Below are positions 35,486 through 42,438 of a stretch of 64,000 bases of DNA, piece after piece. Source of the stretch: Eubacteriales bacterium. Lineage in GTDB: Bacteria; Bacillota; Clostridia; Oscillospirales; CAG-272. Numbering within the stretch: position 1 is the first letter of the stretch; every line of letters begins with the position of its first letter. Location: positions 64,643 to 128,642 of the forward strand of contig JAZQWB010000015.1 in the NCBI GenBank assembly GCA_045632145.1, written 5' to 3'. The translations under genes and the position numbers were made by a program. The notes beneath the pieces are model-generated. The model had not been told where the DNA came from. It saw nothing but the letters and a program-made list of their open reading frames with translations, and searched no databases.

Positions 35486-35561
35486 CGAGGTGTAGCGCAG
35501 TTGGTAGCGCGCCAGTTTCGGGTACTGGAGGCCCGGAGTTCGACTCTCCGCACTTCGACCA
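35486..35561 (+). tRNA. tRNA-Pro (anticodon CGG), CCA encoded
   Basis: Manual cloverleaf fold:
- acceptor stem cgaggtg/cacttcg
- D stem gcgc/gcgc
- anticodon stem ccagt/actgg with loop ttCGGgt
- variable loop aggcc
- T arm cggag-ttcgact-ctccg
- discriminator A, then CCA
Total length is 76 nt. Confidence 0.9.
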
Positions 35562-35736
35562 AAAAGCAGAAGAGAGTCCTTGTGGCTCTCTTTTGTTTTT
35601 TGTCGGTGTGGATGATGAGAACTCCGCTCTGCGCAGCAGAATGGGGTTCGCATATCGAACCCGAAGATCGACAAGCTTGCTTGTCAGGCGCAGGGGAAGA
35701 TATCTTCGCATAGCGAATACCTCCGCACTTCGACCA
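35562..35736 (+). repeat. tRNA-linked repeat unit 1 (terminator-like hairpin, ~135-nt core, exact copy of the tRNA-Pro 3' 16 nt)
   Basis: Hairpin 35571-35591 followed by a T-run. ctccgcacttcgacca at 35721-35736 is identical to 35546-35561. Confidence 0.85.
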
Positions 35737-35916
35737 AAAAGAGAAAAGGTCACCGCAAGGGTGACCTTTTTTCTTTTTCGTTGGTGTGAATGGTGCGAAC
35801 TTCACTCGTGCGTAGCGCGAAGGAGTTCGCATATCCCTTACGGAGATCGACAAGTTCGCTTGTCAGGCGAAGTAAGAGGATATCTGCGCACATCGAATAC
35901 CTCCACACTTCGACCA
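35737..35916 (+). repeat. tRNA-linked repeat unit 2
   Basis: Hairpin 35746-35768 followed by a T-run. The core is ~75-80% identical to unit 1. ctccacacttcgacca at 35901-35916 matches the tRNA 3' end at 15/16. Confidence 0.85.
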
Positions 35917-35929
35917 CAAGACTTTAGTG

Positions 35930-37303
35930 TTATATAGTCTTAATAAACCTTTTATAGAATACCACGCACTCGCCGATATTCTTGATACCGATATGCTCGT
36001 TGGCATTATGAATGGTGGCAAACTGTGCCTTGGAAAGGTCGATGGGTGCAAAGCGGAGTATGTTATCCGCCACGTCGGTAAGACGTCTTGCATCTGTGCC
36101 TGCGGTAAGCAGGAAGGGGACAACGGCCACGTCGGGGAAGGTGTCGTGGAGAAGCTGCTCCACCGTTTTAAATGCCGCACCGTTAAAGTCGGTGGGCTTA
36201 CAGTAATCGCGCTCAAGCTCCTCTATCTCCACGCCGTATTTCTTGCCGATAGCCTTAATCTTCTCGAGACCGCGATAAAGGTCATCCTCTCTCACGCAAC
36301 GCAGAAACATTACCGCCTCTGCCTCCCTGGATCTGAAGGTAGGCTCGTTTACATCTCCTGCAAACACGGTCTGGAATCTGATGCTTGTTGAGAGCATGGC
36401 ACTTGCGGCAGGAATACCCATCATTATCTTCTTAATGAGGGGAGCAAAAATACCTATGTTACCGAAGAGTAAATTCATCGGGAAGGACATATAGGGCACG
36501 TGTCTTTCAAAGGTGGCCTTCACCTCGGGGTAGAATTTGCCCTTATAAATAGGTGTGCTGCTAACCTCGGCAATAAATCTGCTGATATTAAGTGCCGCGC
36601 TGTCTGCCGCTTTGCCAAATCCACCGTGGCCAAGCTGCTCGGAGTTTACTCTGCACTTAAAGTAGTGACGGCTCTTCTCGTGCACGGCAACAACGGCACT
36701 CTTGCACTTTACACCGGGAATCTGTCCCTCTGTAATAGCACCGCCCTCGTCAAGAACAACGTCAAAATGAATACCGTTTTCCTTAAAATACTCGGTAGCA
36801 AGGACCATACCGTCACCGCCAACCTCCTCATTGTCGGAGGATCCGATGTAGAGATTGATGCCCTCGAAGTCGTAGCCCTCGGAAAGAAGCTCCTCTGCTG
36901 CCTGAAGCTCTGCAAAGAGAGGGGTCTTGGTGTCAATGGTGCCTCTGCCGTAAAGATATCCGTCCTTCTCGGTGGCCTTGAAGGGATCGGTTGCCCATTC
37001 ATCACTTCCCTCCACAACGTCATGGTGGGACATAAGCATTATATTCTTGGTGGCATTCTTGCCCTCAATAACGTAAACGAAGCAGCCACTGCCAAAGGTC
37101 AATCTCTTGGCTACAGCGGTAAGGCTGGGAAAAAGCTCCTCTACTCTCTGATAAAACCTGTTAAACTCGTCCTTATTCTTGTGATCGCGTGTCCACACGG
37201 TCTTGCAGTCGATAAGGGCAGACAGCTTTCTTACGTACTCCCTGCTCTGCTCCTCGGAGACAGTGGGACGCTCGCTCTCGCTTCTAAGCTTGTAGTAAGC
37301 CAT
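35930..37303 (-). CDS. M20 family metallopeptidase
   Basis: 'IMLMSHHDVV', 'GRGTIDTK', 'SDNEEVGG' and the C-terminal 'HNANEHI'. Confidence 0.8.
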   Translation of the reverse strand: MAYYKLRSESERPTVSEEQSREYVRKLSALIDCKTVWTRDHKNKDEFNRFYQRVEELFPSLTAVAKRLTFGSGCFVYVIEGKNATKNIMLMSHHDVVEGSDEWATDPFKATEKDGYLYGRGTIDTKTPLFAELQAAEELLSEGYDFEGINLYIGSSDNEEVGGDGMVLATEYFKENGIHFDVVLDEGGAITEGQIPGVKCKSAVVAVHEKSRHYFKCRVNSEQLGHGGFGKAADSAALNISRFIAEVSSTPIYKGKFYPEVKATFERHVPYMSFPMNLLFGNIGIFAPLIKKIMMGIPAASAMLSTSIRFQTVFAGDVNEPTFRSREAEAVMFLRCVREDDLYRGLEKIKAIGKKYGVEIEELERDYCKPTDFNGAAFKTVEQLLHDTFPDVAVVPFLLTAGTDARRLTDVADNILRFAPIDLSKAQFATIHNANEHIGIKNIGECVVFYKRFIKTI

Positions 37304-38700
37304 TACTTATCCCCTGCCCTTCTGTGCTCATCAATAAATGCGGTAACAGCCTTTTCATTGTAGAACATAAAGAACACGAGCGAAACAAGGCTGAATACAC
37401 CGGCAAACACGCCTGTAAGCTTTACACCGAACATACCAACCGACTCACCTGCAGGCGCACCGATGGCAAGCACACTGGAAACAACAACCATAGCAAGAGA
37501 ATATGCAATCTTCTCAATAAAGGTCTTGGATGCAGAGAAGATGCCCTCTCTGTTTACACCGTTCTCGATGCTGTCCTTCTGAATAATGTCGGACATAACC
37601 GACTGAGGCAGGATATTGATAGCCGCGAAGGGGAAGGCAACAACGATACCCATAAACAAACCGAGATAAAGCTCGTTGCCGGGCACGAGAGCAGCCAATT
37701 TGTCGCCAAAGAAGATAAATGCAAACACGATAGTGAAGATAACGCTGGCGATAACAAGCATAGTTTTCTTGCCATATTTCTTACTAAACTTTACAATCAT
37801 GGGGAAAAGACAGAGTGCAACTCCGATCGCAGAGATCATTACAAGGAAGGACTGGTTCTCGGGCACGTTAAGAAGCATGGTGATATAGTAAAGCATAGCG
37901 GTCTGGAAAAACGCCATAGAAAGATAGCTGAAAAGGTCGCCTGCAAAGAAGGTGAGGAAGGTCTTGTTCTTGAAGATAGAGATAGCCGAGCTAAGCAGGG
38001 ACTGCTTGGGCTTGATATTCTCCTCAACGTAATTCTTCTCTTTAAAGGCGGTAGCACCAAGGAGCACACAGGTAAGACCGATTGCCGCAAAGATAGTGAA
38101 CACTATTCTCCAGGCAACGAGAGCATCAACGCTAAAGCCCTTTTTGATAAGGTCAACGAAAAGGGTTGCCGCGTACATAAAGGAGCTGGAGCCCATAAAG
38201 AATGCGGTGCTGATGCCGTAATATCCTACTCTATCCTTGGCATCGGGAATAACCTCGGGCACAAGGGCGTTTCTGGGAATGAAGAAGAAGGTATAGGCGG
38301 TGTAGTAGGTGATAAGGAAGAAGCCAACCCAAATTGCGTTACCCACAGAGCCCTGCTTGAAGGGTGCCATAAATATCATAAGCACCGAGAGAGCATAAGG
38401 TATGGCCGCATACTTCATAAAGGGCATTCTACGTCCGTCCTTGTGTGTGCACCTGTCGGAAAGGCTGGCAACAAGGGGGTCGGTAACCGCGTCAACCACC
38501 TTGCTTATACCCGTAAGCAAGGCCATAATGGTAAGGAAGCCAAGCAGCTTATTCTGAGGAAGAAGGGTGGGCAGACCACTCTTTACTGTAGGCTGGAAGA
38601 AGTACAAAAGATAGTTACCTATCATGCCGTTGAAAAGGCCCTTGGCAATATCGGATAAGCAATATCTTATCATCTGAGATTTAGAAAGTGTTTTTCTCAT
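37303..38700 (-). CDS. MFS transporter, glycoside-pentoside-hexuronide (GPH) cation symporter family
   Basis: 465 aa with 12 predicted TM segments. The GPH-like N-terminus reads 'YCLSDIAKGLFNGMIGNYLLYF...DAVTDPLVASLSDR'. Its stop overlaps the M20 start by 1 nt. Confidence 0.75.
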   Translation of the reverse strand: MRKTLSKSQMIRYCLSDIAKGLFNGMIGNYLLYFFQPTVKSGLPTLLPQNKLLGFLTIMALLTGISKVVDAVTDPLVASLSDRCTHKDGRRMPFMKYAAIPYALSVLMIFMAPFKQGSVGNAIWVGFFLITYYTAYTFFFIPRNALVPEVIPDAKDRVGYYGISTAFFMGSSSFMYAATLFVDLIKKGFSVDALVAWRIVFTIFAAIGLTCVLLGATAFKEKNYVEENIKPKQSLLSSAISIFKNKTFLTFFAGDLFSYLSMAFFQTAMLYYITMLLNVPENQSFLVMISAIGVALCLFPMIVKFSKKYGKKTMLVIASVIFTIVFAFIFFGDKLAALVPGNELYLGLFMGIVVAFPFAAINILPQSVMSDIIQKDSIENGVNREGIFSASKTFIEKIAYSLAMVVVSSVLAIGAPAGESVGMFGVKLTGVFAGVFSLVSLVFFMFYNEKAVTAFIDEHRRAGDK

Positions 38701-38892
38701 AATATCGTCCTCTCTTTTTAAAAATTACACCTATTATATCACGAAAATCAGCGTTTGTAAATCATATATCATCTTTTTTCGAGAGCTTTTTTAAAAATAA
38801 TTAAAACGCGAAGGATTTTTTTGACAAAGGAAGGATATAAGTATATTTCCTTAAGAAAGTGAATAAAATGTACCTAAGATATGGAGGTAGGT

Positions 38893-39420
38893 ATGAAAAG
38901 ATCCTTTGGTTTGTGGCAATTATTCGGCTTTGCGACGGTCTCGCTGTCGGGCACTCTGTTGCATTTTCTTTACGAGTGGTCGGGCGGCTCGCCCCTTGTT
39001 GCGCCATTTTCGGGGGTAAACGAGTCCACCTGGGAGCATATGAAGCTGCTCTTCTGGCCAATGCTGATTTATGCTCTTGTCGAGAGCTTTTTCTTCGGGG
39101 AATACGACAACTTCTGGTTTGTAAAGCTTAAGGGAATCTCGCTCGGGCTTATATTGATACCCGTTATTTTTTACACCTACAACGGTGTTATCGGCAAATC
39201 TCCCGACTGGATAAATATTGCAATATTCTTTATAGCGGCGGCTGTAGCATTTATCTATGAGACAAGGGCGCTCAAGGAAAGCTCAATTTATCTTGTAAAG
39301 CAGGTATCCATCTCGTTGCTCGCCATAATCGCCGTGATGTTTGTTATATTTACATTCGAGACCCCCGAGCTTAGTATCTTCAAGGACCCTGTAACCGGGG
39401 TGTATGGAATAGCGAAATAA
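38893..39420 (+). CDS. Small integral membrane protein (DUF6512-like)
   Basis: 'GTLLHFLYEWSGGSPLVAPFSGVNESTWEHMKLLFWP' and 5 TM segments. GGAGG lies 5 nt before the ATG at 38893. Confidence 0.55.
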   Translation: MKRSFGLWQLFGFATVSLSGTLLHFLYEWSGGSPLVAPFSGVNESTWEHMKLLFWPMLIYALVESFFFGEYDNFWFVKLKGISLGLILIPVIFYTYNGVIGKSPDWINIAIFFIAAAVAFIYETRALKESSIYLVKQVSISLLAIIAVMFVIFTFETPELSIFKDPVTGVYGIAK

Positions 39421-39422
39421 AA

Positions 39423-39450
39423 AGAGGCTGTCTCAAAAGAGGCAGCCTCT
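39423..39450. terminator. Stem-loop between convergent genes
   Basis: agaggctg (39423-39430) / cagcctct (39443-39450). Confidence 0.45.
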
Positions 39451-39461
39451 AAAACATTTAA

Positions 39462-42377
39462 TTAAAAGCTATTTTTCTTAAAGCCAAGAATGTTCCACGC
39501 GCCGAGAGCCACAAGTGCAGCCACGTCAACCGCAAGAACAGCGGTCTTCCACCAAGGAATAACCTCCACACCGGATACCGCACCTACGATAGAGCCGTTT
39601 TCAAGACCCTGTGCGGTCTCTGCATAGTACATAGTGTCAACGTAAGCATAAAGGAGATCCTTTGCACTCTTGTGAACGTAGTACTTAGCCGCGTCGCTGG
39701 TGGTGTCATCAAGCCAGTTGTTTACGTAACCGTCGGGATGAAGCATCTGGTTACAGCCTGCTCTGATACACTCGTCCATATCCTCGGAGCTATTGTTCTT
39801 ATAGTAGTCGGTAATAACTGTACCGCGAAAGCCCCACTCATCGCGTACAACTGCAGTAAGCATCGCATAAGTACCGGAGGACTTCATACCGCCTGTACGG
39901 GTATGAGAAGCCATAAGACCGTTAGCATCGCCAATCTTTACAGCATACTCGAAGGGCTTGAGATAAATCTCACGGAATGCCTGCTCGGTAACCCACTTGT
40001 AGCAACCGCTCTTTGCATCCCAGTTTACACGGCTGGCATCATCCTCGTTAAGACCGATGTGCTTGATGTAAACCTGAATGCCCTGCTCCTTTGCACCGAG
40101 AACGTGGTACGCACACATAGTACCGGAAAGGAATGCGTCCTCAGAATAGTACTCGAAGTTACGGCCGCCCATTGCACTACGGTGAGTGTTTCCACCAGGG
40201 CCATACCAACCGGTGATGCCGAGAGCATTACCCTCGATACCGATTGCAATACCTACCTGATATGCGGCATACCAGTCCCAGGTCTGTGCAAGAACAACAG
40301 AGGAAGGATAGTTAACCGCCTTAAGATTACCGTCACCTGTTACAGAGTTGTTGAAACCGGAGGGACCGTCTGCGTCCTTGGTCTTGGGCTTGCCGATGGA
40401 CTCAAGAGCCATTGTGCCGAAGCCTGCACTAAGGATGAACTCGCGGCACTCGTCATAGCTGAGCTGGCTGATAATCTCATCCCACATAGGATCGTCATAC
40501 TCAACACCCATAAGGTCCTGAATGTTCCACTGTGTCTTGGTGGAATTGAACTCGGGAACTACGATATTATCGGGGTCGATGGGGGTATAGATCTTATCCA
40601 TATCCTCGTAGAGAGCGCCCATAGGTCTGCCCTTGCCCTTCTCCTGAGGGAAGGTGCCTGCGATGTCCGCACGGGTAACATACTGGATAGCGCCGCCCTC
40701 GTTGTCTGCACCGTCGATAGAATGTGCATTTGCAATGAAGGGCTCGTTAACTGTGCTGGATGCACCGGAAACGGGATTAGTGTAATTGGTAAACTGGTTC
40801 TTTACAACAGTACCTGTAGCGCTGTCAACCTCGTAGCGGATATCCTCTGCTACGTTAAGGGTGATAGTGCTGCCTTCCATACCAGCCTTAAGGGTGTGAA
40901 CGTCGGAGCGGAAGGATATAACGTAGCTGCCCTTCTCAAGCTCGTAACCCATAAAGCCGTTGTTGTTCATATCATAGCAGTCGTAGGACTTCATCTCCTC
41001 GATAGGCATCTCGATAACCACGTCAGCAAACTGACCGGGCTCGATCTTGGGAGTCTTGCCGAAGCCACCAAGCTTGATAGCAGCCTTCTCGATACCGCCC
41101 TTGGTATAGGGTGCGGAGTAGTAAAGCTCTACAACGTCACGGCCTGCAACGTCGCCGGTATTGGTAACACGAACGGTAACCTTAAGAGTATCGTTCTTGC
41201 CAACGGTAGCACCGTCCTGGAAGTTGATCTCGTGAATCTCCCAATCAAAGTCGGTGTAGGAGAGACCGAAGCCGAAGGGATACTGAACCACGTCAGCATA
41301 GCTCTTTACACCCCAGATAGACTCTGCAAGGTCGCCATTCCAGAAGCCCTCTGCATCAGCGGTCTCATACCAGAGATAGCCGTTGTAGATATTCTCGCGA
41401 TACTCGGTATAGGAAGCCTTGCTCTTGTCGGTATAGGTGCTTACACCCTCAAGACCGGAGGTAGCATAGGAAGCCGCGGTGGAAAGGTCATACGCCCAGG
41501 TGTCTGCAAGTCTACCCGAGGGATTAACCTCACCGGTAAGAAGCTTTGCAAAGCCGATAGCACCGCGAGTGCCGGGATAACCCATATAAAGCACAGAGTC
41601 AACGCCTGCCTCGTCAGCAAAGCCAAGCTCCATGGGGTTTGCACAGTTGACAACGAGAATTACGTTCTCGAAGTTCTCGCAAACGAGACTAATCATATAC
41701 TCCTCGCGCTCGGAGAGAGACTGAAGCTTTCTTGTGCTGTCCTCACCTCCACCTGCCTGGTTGGAGAAGTACTGTGTCTTGGAAAAATCGTTACCCTCGC
41801 CCATAAGACGGCCGACAACGATAATAGCAGTATCGGAATATGCCTTGGCATCTGCCATAAGCGCATCGGTATAGAAGCTCTCGGGAGCCTCGGTTACACC
41901 GTAATAATCCTTGTAGGTTGCACCGTGAGCCTCGATAACCCAGGAGCCGCTCTTTGCACGAACCCAGCCGAGATCGTCATAAGCCTTTGCAAGGTTTTCG
42001 TTATACTCGATGCCAGCCTCCTTAAGACCGCCAAGGAAGGTAACAAGGTCGTTTCTGGAGCCTGTGCCAGAGCCTGTGCCCTGAGGAATAAATCCGTCGT
42101 CACTGCCAGACCAGCCGAAAACGTTAACCTTAAGATTCTTAAGAGGAAGAACGTCATTTTCGTTCTTCATAAGTACAGCGCCCTCAGACGCAACCTGCGC
42201 CGCAAGCACCTTACCGGACTCACGTGCAGCCATAGCCTCCTCGCTATCCTCGGTATAACCTGCTCCGCAAAGGAAGGTGGTTATGAGATTAGCGTTAGCA
42301 TAGCAAGCAAGGTTACCGATAAGAAGCGCAAATATAAGAACAATGCTAATAAGCAATCTTATAACAATATTTGCCAT
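39462..42377 (-). CDS. Glycoside hydrolase family 3 (beta-glucosidase/xylosidase-like), permuted domain order, TM anchor at both termini
   Basis: The N-terminal TM is followed by an alpha/beta-sandwich region and an FnIII-like region ('VRVTNTGDVAGRDVVELYYSAP'). After those comes the barrel region with 'KHIG' and the nucleophile motif 'GFRGTVITDYY'. The C-terminal TM is 'AVLAVDVAALVALGAWNILGF'. Confidence 0.8.
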   Translation of the reverse strand: MANIVIRLLISIVLIFALLIGNLACYANANLITTFLCGAGYTEDSEEAMAARESGKVLAAQVASEGAVLMKNENDVLPLKNLKVNVFGWSGSDDGFIPQGTGSGTGSRNDLVTFLGGLKEAGIEYNENLAKAYDDLGWVRAKSGSWVIEAHGATYKDYYGVTEAPESFYTDALMADAKAYSDTAIIVVGRLMGEGNDFSKTQYFSNQAGGGEDSTRKLQSLSEREEYMISLVCENFENVILVVNCANPMELGFADEAGVDSVLYMGYPGTRGAIGFAKLLTGEVNPSGRLADTWAYDLSTAASYATSGLEGVSTYTDKSKASYTEYRENIYNGYLWYETADAEGFWNGDLAESIWGVKSYADVVQYPFGFGLSYTDFDWEIHEINFQDGATVGKNDTLKVTVRVTNTGDVAGRDVVELYYSAPYTKGGIEKAAIKLGGFGKTPKIEPGQFADVVIEMPIEEMKSYDCYDMNNNGFMGYELEKGSYVISFRSDVHTLKAGMEGSTITLNVAEDIRYEVDSATGTVVKNQFTNYTNPVSGASSTVNEPFIANAHSIDGADNEGGAIQYVTRADIAGTFPQEKGKGRPMGALYEDMDKIYTPIDPDNIVVPEFNSTKTQWNIQDLMGVEYDDPMWDEIISQLSYDECREFILSAGFGTMALESIGKPKTKDADGPSGFNNSVTGDGNLKAVNYPSSVVLAQTWDWYAAYQVGIAIGIEGNALGITGWYGPGGNTHRSAMGGRNFEYYSEDAFLSGTMCAYHVLGAKEQGIQVYIKHIGLNEDDASRVNWDAKSGCYKWVTEQAFREIYLKPFEYAVKIGDANGLMASHTRTGGMKSSGTYAMLTAVVRDEWGFRGTVITDYYKNNSSEDMDECIRAGCNQMLHPDGYVNNWLDDTTSDAAKYYVHKSAKDLLYAYVDTMYYAETAQGLENGSIVGAVSGVEVIPWWKTAVLAVDVAALVALGAWNILGFKKNSF

Positions 42378-42438
42378 TATATAGCCCTCACAATTTTATT
42401 TTTGTCTACCGCACCCACTCGGGTGCGGTGCTTTTTTA

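Noticed and set aside
35546-35916. Repeated tRNA 3' ends interpreted as attL/attR scars of an integrative element
   Set aside because: No integrase, excisionase or cargo lies between or beside the repeats. The copies are only 175-180 bp apart. The intervening cores are homologous to each other, which indicates tandem duplication of a tRNA-derived unit and not serial integration.
35593-35937. A 114-aa arginine-rich ORF, plus overlapping ORFs on both strands (35365-35853, 35390-35674, 35481-35753, 35501-35713), running through the tRNA-linked repeats
   Set aside because: It has no ATG start or RBS. The ORF begins at a TTG inside a terminator T-run and crosses two hairpin terminators. Its open frames are a by-product of the repeat. 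I noted the resemblance to the E. coli tpr (protamine-like) ORF, but there is no support for translation here.
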